DNA of 63,171 nt, the filler included, from Octopus bimaculoides (Eukaryota), in the NCBI RefSeq assembly GCF_001194135.2. It is 7 parts of 7 records of this genome, joined end to end, with 100 filler letters (N's around TTAATTAATTAA, not from the genome) between each part and the next. Parts side by side here need not be neighbours in the genome. Positions count along the whole stretch, not along the records: positions 1 to 20,947 come from NC_068996.1; 6 more parts are not named here. One strand, written 5' to 3'. Under the pieces are notes generated by a model, which was not told the DNA's origin, made no database searches, and saw only the letters and a program-made list of their open reading frames with translations. Both the position numbers and the translations under genes were made by a program. The number at the start of each line of letters is the position of its first letter. Position 1 is the first letter of the stretch. This document shows, in pieces, positions 1-9,994 of the stretch.

Positions 1-10
1 ATATATATAT

Positions 11-89
11 AAGAATAAGAATAAATGGAGCAAAACGCGTATAATCAATAAGTGATTATACGCGTTTTGCTCCATTTATTATTATTCTT
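11..89. repeat. Perfect hairpin (28-bp arms, 5-nt loop)
   Basis: AATAAATGGAGCAAAACGCGTATAATCA (20-47) is the exact reverse complement of 53-80. Loop is ATAAG. Pairing extends imperfectly to about 11/89. Confidence 0.95.
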
Positions 90-281
90 CATATCTACTC
101 AAAATACATCACTTTAACATGGTATTTCTACCTATTTACCGAGTATGATACCCCGGTTTTTGTGTGATTTTTGCTACCCTGGTAACTATTAACATATTTA
201 CATTATCGAAGTTTTTTTCAACTGAGATAATATTAATGTATACATAATTTAAATATATATACATATATATATATATATATG

Positions 282-332
<51 letters not shown>

Positions 333-335
<3 letters not shown>

Positions 336-890
336 TTTTCTACCAGTGGAATTTTCTACCAGCATGCATAAAATAGTCAATGGACAAAATATAATTCATA
401 TAAAATTAGTGTACATTTGTACACAAATGATGTGACCCTAACAGGACACCTTACATGCTAAAAGGAACAGTCAAAGTCCAAACCACGTTTAAGAGTAATT
501 TCGAAGGGGAGGAAAAATAAAAACATTTTCAATACTTACAACTTGTACCTAGATTTCGAACATTAATGAACAAATAAGATAATTTGTTATCCGTGTTCTT
601 CATCAGCAAGGGCGCTAATAATTAACGTATAATTATGGGACAAATAGAGAGCACATGTCTCATCTTTATACATTATAACTTTTCAAATTTACCGCGCAAG
701 CACAGTTATAGTCGGCAGCAAATAAAAATTTATGTGCCGACTTTTTTCAAAATTACTAAAATCATATTAAGAAAATATATATAGGGTAGAGAAATTAGAG
801 AAATTCTGTGTATGAATGTACACTAATTTTGTATGAAAAATATGTTGTCTATTGACTATTTATGCATGCTAGCCACTGGTAGAAAATTTC
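333..890. mobile_element. MITE-like element with about 80-90 bp imperfect terminal inverted repeats
   Basis: Left end GAATTTTCTACCAGTGG..GCATGCATAAAATAGTCAATGGACAA..AAAATTAGTGTACATT matches the reverse complement of about 817-890. No ORF. Confidence 0.8.
542..610 (-). ncRNA. Type I hammerhead ribozyme (PLE-type minimal stem III)
   Basis: Minus strand reads CTTG-CTGATGA-A-GAAC..GTTC-GAAA-T-CTAG-G-TA^-CAAG. It has the full core, stem I CTTG/CAAG, stem II GAAC/GTTC with an inner AACAAAT/ATTTGTT hairpin, and a GUA cleavage triplet. Confidence 0.8.
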
Positions 891-982
891 TCTCATTTCT
901 CTACCCTATATATATTTTCATATCTATATGTACATATATATATATATAAGTATAATCCATAGTTTTTAAATATATATATCCA

Positions 983-1671
983 TACGAAGAAATACCCAAA
1001 AGTAACCGAAAACGTCCTCTGTGTGACAAGGCCGCTGTAGTTCGTGCTTCCGCCACTAGAAGCCACTTTATGTGACCCTCAGGCAAAACACAAATTTACG
1101 AGTGGTTTTCACACTTTAGCAATGGTCACTTGTCCCACATCTTTCAGGGCAACCGGCGACCTTCCGAACGAGTGAAAACATCATGAAAATTCATGAACTT
1201 ATCTTAGATGACCATCACTGAACAATAGACAACCTTGTTGATATGAATGGTGTGCCCTGTATCTCCTGCCAACGAATTTTGAGAGAGGAATTGCGAATGA
1301 AAGGAGTTGCAGCAAAATTCGAGCCTTGCTTGCTCATGGAAGATCAAAAGCAGTCACAACTGAATGTGTGTCATGAACTGAAAGAATAGTTGGATGTTGA
1401 TCCGGACCTTTTTCGAAGGTCATCACTGGTGATGTAAGCTGGTGCAACGGAATTTGCAAATGTGGAAGTGGTGAAGAAAAACACAACGGAGGCGCTAAAG
1501 GCATCACTTAGCAAGAGTTCCGCCACTGCTTCCAACAGTGGAAAACGCGTCTGGACCGATGCATTGCTTCAAATGGAGAATACTTTGAAGGTGATAAAAG
1601 TGTAAACATGTAAAACTAAGTGAATAAAATTATATTGCAAAATTCTGGTTTCTTTTGGGTACCCCCTAGTA
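983..1671 (+). mobile_element. Internally deleted mariner transposon
   Basis: Broken transposase: QIYEWFSHF, KVITGDVSW (first catalytic D motif) and C-terminal CFQQWKTRLDRCIASNGEYFEGD. Imperfect TIRs share TACCCAAAAG. TA at both ends. Confidence 0.9.
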
Positions 1672-1682
1672 TATATACATAC

Positions 1683-1950
1683 ATGGCTCCGGGTTCAGTC
1701 CCACCGTGTGACACCTTTGGAAAGTGTCTTCAGCTATAGTCTTGGGCCAACCAAAACTTTGAGTGGATTTAGTAGATGGAAACTGAAAGAAGCCCGTCAC
1801 ACATATGTACATATATTTATGTGTGTATGTCTTTGTGTCTGTGTTCGTCCTCCCACCGCAGCTTGACAACCGGAGTTGGTGTGTTTACGTACCCCTAACT
1901 TATATCTGTTTGTATGAGCCTGTGTGCGGGTCGAAAACCAAAACTGAGTA
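1683..1950 (+). mobile_element. tRNA-derived SINE, family A (5'-truncated)
   Basis: B-box-like GGTTCAGTCCC, then GGAAACTGAAAGAAGCCCGTC. The same sequence recurs many times in the window. Confidence 0.85.
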
Positions 1951-3079
1951 TAAAGGTGTGTGTGTGTGTGTGTGTGTGNNNNNNNNNNNNNNNNNNNNNN
2001 NNNNNNNNNNNNNNNNNNNNNNNNNNNNNNNNNNNNNNNNNNNNNNNNNNNNNNNNNNNNNNNNNNNNNNNNNNNNNNNNNNNNNNNNNNNNNNNNNNNN
2101 NNNNNNNNNNNNNNNNNNNNNNNNNNNNNNNNNNNNNNNNNNNNNNNNNNNNNNNNNNNNNNNNNNNNNNNNNNNNNNNNNNNNNNNNNNNNNNNNNNNN
2201 NNNNNNNNNNNNNNNNNNNNNNNNNNNNNNNNNNNNNNNNNNNNNNNNNNNNNNNNNNNNNNNNNNNNNNNNNNNNNNNNNNNNNNNNNNNNNNNNNNNN
2301 NNNNNNNNNNNNNNNNNNNNNNNNNNNNNNNNNNNNNNNNNNNNNNNNNNNNNNNNNNNNNNNNNNNNNNNNNNNNNNNNNNNNNNNNNNNNNNNNNNNN
2401 NNNNNNNNNNNNNNNNNNNNNNNNNNNNNNNNNNNNNNNNNNNNNNNNNNNNNNNNNNNNNNNNNNNNNNNNNNNNNNNNNNNNNNNNNNNNNNNNNNNN
2501 NNNNNNNNNNNNNNNNNNNNNNNNNNNNNNNNNNNNNNNNNNNNNNNNNNNNNNNNNNNNNNNNNNNNNNNNNNNNNNNNNNNNNNNNNNNNNNNNNNNN
2601 NNNNNNNNNNNNNNNNNNNNNNNNNNNNNNNNNNNNNNNNNNNNNNNNNNNNNNNNNNNNNNNNNNNNNNNNNNNNNNNNNNNNNNNNNNNNNNNNNNNN
2701 NNNNNNNNNNNNNNNNNNNNNNNNNNNNNNNTATATATATATATATATATATATATATCGTAATTCATATCTGTCTATCTATCCATCATTCATCCGTCCG
2801 CCTGTCTTCTTATCTCTGTCTCAATTTGTCTGTTAGTCCGTCAGTCATTCTATAAATACATATACGTATGCATGCGCGCGTGTATGTTCTTGTGTGAGAG
2901 AGAAAGTGTAATACATCGGTGATGGTGTATTTAATTCACGAACCAATAAAATGGTAATTAAAAATAATTGTGTTGAGAATGAAACAATACTCTTCAGTGA
3001 TTAACATTGTTTATTTCGAAAAGAGAGTCAGCCTCGCACGTATGTCTGTGTTATTTTGACCTCCATGTAGACCGGTTTT

Positions 3080-3200
3080 AAACCAATTAGACAAATTTAT
3101 TCAAACTGGGTCCCCCACCAAGAGAAAGCCCCGCGAACACGCTCGGACAGAGGAATCTATGATGAATGTTTAGTATATCATTGTGGATAATGGTGAAGAC
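3080..3200 (+). mobile_element. Possible Tc1/mariner N-terminal relic
   Basis: Translates to KFIQTGSPTKRKPREHARTEESMMNV, resembling the KF..TGS..R.RT.E helix-turn-helix linker of mariner-like transposases. Confidence 0.4.
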
Positions 3201-3469
3201 CACGAAACTTTTTGGCTCGGACTGGGGTACTACATGAATAGCATAAAACTTCAATTTTCACCTTTTCTAGAGTAGAGGGCCCTACTGACAATCCTCTAAT
3301 TGGACCCAGCACTTTAAGTGCCAGCCTTGTTGGTGATGATAGACTTTTTGGTAGTGATGGCAGTGAAGGGCCGATTTTTAGTCACTTTGAAAGATTTGTT
3401 CAAATTGGGTTCTGCGCCAAGAGAAGGACCCATGCACACGTTCGAATTAAACATTTCCTAATGTTTTTA

Positions 3470-3690
3470 TCGCTTTGAGGATTTACTTAACAATGCCCGT
3501 AACAGATGCATCAGGTAAAAAAAGTTTTTCAAACCTAAAACTTATTAAAACATACCTACGGTCAACAATTTCCCAAGAGAGACTAAATAATTTGGCAATG
3601 TTATCTATAGAAAATGACATTACAAAAACCATTAGCTTTGAAATAATTTTGAAAAACTTCTCAGATTATAAAAAAAGCCAGAAAAGTTTG
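3470..3690 (+). mobile_element. hAT transposase C-terminal dimerisation domain relic
   Basis: MPVTDASGKKSFSNLKLIKTYLRSTISQERLNNLAMLSIEND matches the hATC signature (..ERSFS.LKLIK.YLRS.M.QERL..LA.LSIE). Confidence 0.85.
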
Positions 3691-3699
3691 TTTTTAAAA

Positions 3700-3930
3700 G
3701 GCTTATTCATAAACAGTATGTCATTTTCTATAGATAGCATCGCCAATTTATTAGGTATCATTTCAGGTGTTGTGCCAAGTACACCTATTACAACAGGAGT
3801 AATCGTTGCCTTATTCTGCCATAGTCTCTTCAGCTCTCTGACTAGATCTTGATATTTCTCAATATCTTTTGTAACGATTCTGCTATCATAAGGAAGTTCA
3901 AAATCTATGATCTATTCTGTAGCACGAGCT
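3700..3930 (-). mobile_element. R4/Dong-type LINE, restriction-like endonuclease relic
   Basis: Minus strand reads IIDFELPYDSRIVTKDIEKYQDLVRELKRLWQNKATITPVVIGVLG, the RLE motifs of site-specific non-LTR elements. Confidence 0.75.
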
Positions 3931-4515
3931 TTTTGTCACCAGTGATGTCCAGTAGCGTAGAGAAAAATACCCTTCTCTGCAAGTTGATCGCGTTCTTTAT
4001 GCAAAATGCCTCCAAATGCCTTTTTTATATTTTGTCTTTTGAATGGATTGGACAATTATTACAGTTTTATACACTGCTGCTAACTCAGGAAAAACTTGCA
4101 GTGCACATACTAATGAAATTACTAAACAGATGCAACCGAAATGGAAATCAAAACTTGAAGAAAACATCAACAATCTGCCTCATCATATTCGATAATAAAA
4201 TATGAAAAAATAAGTTCACGTCTCACTGATTACATTTTATGCAAAATAAATATATAAAACTACATGCAAAGGTCTTGAAGCAAAGATTTTTTTCTTTAAC
4301 ACACGAACTCAGAACGCTGAACGAAAAATTTTTGAGTAAGCCAGTATAAGAGTAAAGACTGTTTGCCAACATAACATAGCAGTCCTGGTTTAGAACGAAT
4401 GTTGCTGTAATTTAATCCCAGGACACATCGTCTCCAGCTGGCTATACGACACGATCTGTGTCCTTATATTTTCGAATAAGAAAACCTAGCACCCCCACTC
4501 AACTCAAAACAATAT

Positions 4516-4553
4516 CTGTTTATCGCGATTTTCGGGTTATTTCCCTTCATCAG
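4516..4553 (-). ncRNA. Hammerhead ribozyme relic with broken stem I
   Basis: CTGATGA-A-GGG-AAATAA-CCC-GAAAA-T-CGCG-A-TA-AACAG. Core and stem II are intact, with one extra A. The 5' strand of stem I is replaced by a repeat (4555-4619) that has an inverted copy at 4350-4414. Confidence 0.55.
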
Positions 4554-4829
4554 CTAAATTACAGCAATATTCATCCTAAACCGGGACTGCCATGCTATGT
4601 TGGAAAACAATCTTTACTCCAAATTACTGTTGCTGAATATCTCTCGTTGTGAGATTTACAAATAGTAATTTACTAATTTATAGATCAGTAACTAGTTGTC
4701 ACTTTGGCAACTATATATTTCGAACGGGAAATTGGCAACGCCACCTCTACTCGAACAATTTTTTGTTGTTTTTTGAAGAACTCTAGCCGAATTTTTTGTG
4801 CGAAGGTGATGGTGAATAACTGAGAAAAA

Positions 4830-6012
4830 TGAGAAGTTATGCAGAAGCTACTGGAGGTTGAGTTCTCCTAGACCCGCGTGGGCTGAAACAGGAGATGTTA
4901 CAGTGGAATGGAGAGCTGATACAGAAATATAGTAGTATGGTAGAGAAGGAAGGGTCAAATATAAAAATGACCCTACCAGAGGAGGAAAAAGTGAAAATGG
5001 AAAAGAAGAACATTTTCGAATAAAAATAGAAGAACTGAACACGCGCCGCAGGAAGAAATACAAGAAATTTTGGAAGAAAATATAGGAGACAGCATAGCGT
5101 TCTTTACAAAAGGAAAGAGACGTGCGTCGATAGTGGTAACGTTTTAATCAGAAAAGGAGGCGGAAAAACCCTCCAACAGGCTGATTTAGGGAGAAAAATG
5201 GACTTTGATGCCAAAATGTTAGGAGAAAAGAATTGTCAGAATTAGGGTGGGGAGAATCCCATCGTCGATAGATCCAGAGTGGATAATGGCCGCAATTTTT
5301 TATGCGGAGATGAGGAAGGAAAGTAAAGACGTGAAGATGGGCAGGATAAGCAGAACCCAACAAGTGAAATATTGGGGCTACGGATTATAGTTAATTTGTG
5401 CAGTAAGCCCGAAATATTACAACGAAATACCTGAAACTTTAGAGCTACCAAATGGAGATAATATTGAAGGGGAATACCCCAAAGTGTTACGGATGTGGTG
5501 AAAGAGGGCACTTGAGAAAGAAATGCCCTAGAGCAGCAGTGGAAAGTGTAGAGAAGAGTATTCAGGAGAATATAAGGGTAGAGAAACAGCAGAAACGGAT
5601 AGCAGAACAAGACGGGGAATTTGCGGAGGTGAAAACAAGAAAAAGAGAGAGGAGGAAGTCACCAACAATAGTGGAACTGAAGAAGTACAAAGCAGTAGAA
5701 GAGGTAATCCAACCTACGATGAGAAACGGGGAGGATTTACCAGTAGGATTACCAGTAAAGGACTTACAAGTACAGAAATATTCATAGCCACAGAAATTCA
5801 AACACATAGACATGCCAAAACACAGAAGTATAAACGAACAGAAACAAGATAACTCAGAATTACGGAAACCTAAAGACATAGATACACAGACGAAACACGC
5901 AGAATTACAGTCAAACGAACACACAAACACACAGATACAATCACAGGAAAGCCCAAAACTGCATAAATACAGAGACAAAAAGCGCCAACATGCAAAACAA
6001 AGACAGAAATAA
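4830..6012 (+). pseudogene. Gag-like LINE ORF1 (RRM-like region + CCHC zinc knuckle + K/Q-rich tail), decayed
   Basis: RIRVGRIPSSIDPEWI..YWGYG..EIPETLELPNG/EIILKGNTPKCYGCGERGHLRKKCP contains CX2CX4HX4C. It aligns motif by motif with the ORF1 at 10.1-11.3 kb. Confidence 0.8.
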
Positions 6013-8254
6013 GATTTATTGTTAAATATAGAACAACCCAAAGTTGAAAGAATTTCAAAAAAGAAGTTTATTCATAGAATAAAAAGGAGTTTATTCATAG
6101 AATAAAAAGGAGTTTATTCATAGAATAAAATGGATAGCTCACTATAAGAACTGTAACATTCCCAACATTAAAGATGAGGAGAATACCAATTATATAAGCT
6201 CTAAATTTAAAACTAAAAGGAACCCCCCCCCCCCTATATAATAGGGAAATTCAGTCTCTGGAAGACAAAATTTGGAAGGTGGTTAAAAACATTAAGTTTA
6301 AAAAATACCCAAACGGACATAATGAATATTTAAGAAACTTAGGAATTAAAATAAAAGAAATGCGTAATGTCGAGGGAATAGTCGTACAATCTGATAAAAC
6401 TGGCAACCTGTATAAGTTAGATACAAAATTAAATGATAAACTTTTAGGAAAGGAAATAAATAAATAACATAAAATTGTCCCGGAAGATACCATTTATAAT
6501 ATTAATAAAGCCACTAGGTTAATCAGGGAAAAATATGAGATAGACAATAAAACGGAACCATATGTACCGATGCACCCTAGGATAACTTTAAAGGATCATA
6601 AAGACAATTTCAACTCGGACCCTAAAGTAAGACTAATATGTCCCAGTAAATCGGATTTAGGGGAATAAAGTAAGATAATTTTAGACAAATATATTAATAA
6701 ACTAAATAACCTGAATTACTTGAAACTCTGGACTAGCACTAATGATACTTTAAAATGGCTTAAAGATATTAAAGACAGTAGTAGTTACAAATTTATCCAA
6801 ATAGACATAGAGGATTATTATTCATCTATTAATGAAATAGTTCTTAATAAGGCCTTAATATATGCTATGAATAAGGTGGGAATGACTAAAGAGGAAGATA
6901 AGGTAGTAAAAATGGCGAGAAAATCGTTTATTAGGTACAATAATAAATTGTGGGCCAGAAAAGATACCAGGGATTTTTTTGATATCGCTATGGGAGCACC
7001 GGACTCTGCTCAAGTTACAGACCTAGTAGGAATTTATTTATTAGCAGAACTCCAATTAGAAAATCTTAAATTGGAGGGTGGATTATACAGAGATGACCTC
7101 CTGCTAATAACGAAAAATAGCATGAATAGAACTTTAGAAATATATAAGAAGAAAATATATAAAGTTTCTTTAAAAGAAATGGGCTTAGGATTACAATTTA
7201 TAACGAATATAGCAATGTCAACGAAAACCTGAAATATACTAACGCTAAGAGTAACCATCCGCATTCTATTAAGAAAGCATTAGTAAATAATATAGGGAAA
7301 AGAATTTCAGTACTTTCTTCCAACTATGAGATATTCAATAAACATGCACCATATTATAATGAAGCGCTTCATAAGGCGGGATATAATCATAATATTAAAT
7401 TTTTCAACAATTCTAAGTATAATTATAATTTAAAAGATAACTTAAATGATAAATACACCTTCTATTATAATAAACACAGTATTCAGAATCACCTAAAGCC
7501 AGAGATAGGTAGTAATATGAACAAAAAACCTCATAGTAATAAAAATAATAAGAATAAAATATGGCTAATAATTCCCTATGGGATACAGGTAAAAACTAAC
7601 ATTATTAAAGAGATTTTAAATATAATTAAGATATTTATTAAAGACAACAAGAAATATAAGGACACATTTTCTAGCAATAATTTTGGAGTTAGTTACTCTA
7701 CCACTAATAATGTTGGCAATGTCATTTCATCCTTTAATAAATTTAAATTAAACAAGTTTTACAATAATAAATTAAGTAATACCTCCATTGGAGTCCAAAA
7801 TATGATTGATTGTAATTGTAGAGATAAGACTAAATGTAAATTTAATAATAGATGTAACGTTGATGACGTAGTATATAAATGTATAGTGATTTTGAAGGAT
7901 AATAACTGTAGTAATAATGATAACATAAATACTACTTACATTGGATCGACTTCCAATAAAATTAAATCCCGGGTGGCCTAACATATGAATTCTTTTAAGA
8001 ACAGAAATTTAATGAACTCTACGGGCCTTAGTAAATACATTTGGGAACTTAAATCAAAAAGAATAGAATACGACTTAAAATGGAAAATAGTTTGCAAGGC
8101 AAAATCATATAGGATATGGAATAAATTCTGCTTATTATGTACCAACGAATTTAAAGAGATATTATTAGCTAATAAAAAGTTGATTAACTCCCACGATGAA
8201 TGTAATATTAAATGCAGACATAAATTACATTACTTATATAATAATTTTAGATAA
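6013..8254 (+). mobile_element. Penelope-like element RT + GIY-YIG endonuclease (Naiad-like), frameshifted
   Basis: Motifs include SDKTGNLY, HKDNF..PKVRLICP, DIEDYYSSI, FDIAMGAPDSAQVTDLVG, GLYRDD, SNHP, CNCR..C..C..VVYKC, YIGST, LSKYIWELK, CLLC and CRH. Confidence 0.92.
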
Positions 8255-8539
8255 CTAATTTATTTATTTAAACCTAGGATTAGGTACCAACTTATAGTTA
8301 TGATCAGTAGCGTAAAATACATCAAATTAGCTTTAGAATACACTTTAATCATCACAATATTATACAAAATTGGAACATATAACTACCTTTACTTTAAGTA
8401 TTCAATGATAATATGAGCAGTCTTTTACAATGTTTCATAACATTATTTAAGTAATATATAACTTTCGTATTTGGTATAGTTATTATTCTGCGTAAATCTG
8501 AGAGTATATATATATATATACATATATATACATATATAC

Positions 8540-8702
8540 GACGGGCTTCTTTCAGTTTCTGCCTACCAAATCCACCCACAAGGCTTTGGTTGGCCCGAGG
8601 CTATAGTTGAAAACACATGCCCAAGGTGCCACGCAGTGGGACGGAACCCGGAACCATGTGGTTGGTAAGCAAGCTACTTACCACACAGCCACTCCTGCGC
8701 CT
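8540..8702 (-). mobile_element. SINE family A with complete tRNA-like head
   Basis: Minus strand has A box TGGCTGTGTGG and B box GGTTCCGTCCC, then GTGGCACCTTGGGCA. A partial copy lies at about 9808-9895. Confidence 0.85.
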
Positions 8703-8717
8703 ATAAATTTGAAGCAC

Positions 8718-9765
8718 TTATAAATGAACTTGACGGAAACATTCAATTCACGATGGAATATAGCTATCAACAACTTCCCTTCCTCGTCATCCTCATTAAG
8801 AAATCTAACAACGTAATAGAAACAGATAAATACTATAAGCCCACGGACTCCAAGCAATATCTACCATTCAACTCTTGCCACTCCAGACACACCAGAATGA
8901 ATATCCCCTTCAACCTAGCAAAAAGGATATGTACTATAGTTTCTAATGCAATCACCAGAGACACACGACTACATGAACTAAAGGATACACTCATCACCAG
9001 GAACTACCCACCTTCACTAATTGACATATGCTTTCAACGTGCCCTACAACTCAACATCCACGAACTCAGACATCCCAAATTAAAGAAGGCCTTACAACCA
9101 AAAGCCCTACCATACATTTCCACATACAACCCTCTTAACAACGAAGCCTTCGACACCATACTTCAAAACATTCCCCATGCTAGAAAAGGACCACAAAATG
9201 AACTTAATCCTCCAAACACACACCATCATAAAAAGCAAGAGACAGCCCAAATCTATGAAAAGTCTCCTAACACAAGCCCGAATACGCTCAACAACAACAC
9301 AGAAGCCGTCAGTAAAAGAATGCGGAAGACCAAACTTGTGAGATATGCGTCAATTGAGGAATCAGAGTTCTTCAAGCAGGGACAACGCTTCACAGTGAAA
9401 AGCAGCTTCACATATGCTTCGAAGAACCTGATATACGCACTAACCTGCTCTGGGTGTCAAGGGCAATACATAGGCCAAACAAAAACAGTCTACGTCAAAG
9501 GATAGCTCTGCACAAATCCCAGATCAAAATTCCCAAAAACCGAAAAATAGCATTCAGCCAACACATCGACATTTACACCAATAACAAAAATCCAAGCTTC
9601 AGAATTTTTCCCCTCTACCAATTCAGGGATGATACAACCTGTAGCCAACGAATTAGTAAAGAGACTGTCTTTATTACAAAATACAGACCCCTTTTGAACG
9701 CATCTACAACAAACGACATATCCACCATGGCCTTAGAATACCACAAACACACACGCAAATATTAA
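8718..9765 (+). mobile_element. 5'-truncated Penelope-like element (RT thumb + GIY-YIG), different clade from the 6-8 kb element
   Basis: IQFTMEY..LPFL..YYKPTDSKQYLPFNSCH..IPFNLAKRI..L..RNYP, then NLIYALTCSGCQGQYIGQT / LRQRIALH. Confidence 0.9.
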
Positions 9766-9994
9766 AAATGATACATTTAAGAGATACCCAAGAATTCATT
9801 AAAAAACAGTCCCGAGGCTATAGTAGAAGTCAATTCCCCAAGGTGCCACGCAGTGGGACTGAACCTGAAACCAAATGGTTGGGAAGCAAGCCTCTTTATT
9901 TCATTAAATTTGCCACATGGGCAGTACAAAAAGCAATGCGGGCTAGACAATTACATTAATGAGATGAGAAATGATATATATGAATGTAAAAAAT

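Noticed and set aside
7230-8254. Selenocysteine recoding in the Naiad-like PLE
   Set aside because: The conserved Cys positions are TGT/TGC. The TGA at 7230 follows a deletion/frameshift, and the 7979 stop is TAA.
8395-8455. Possible hammerhead in the 3' UTR of the PLE
   Set aside because: The core is too degenerate to support.
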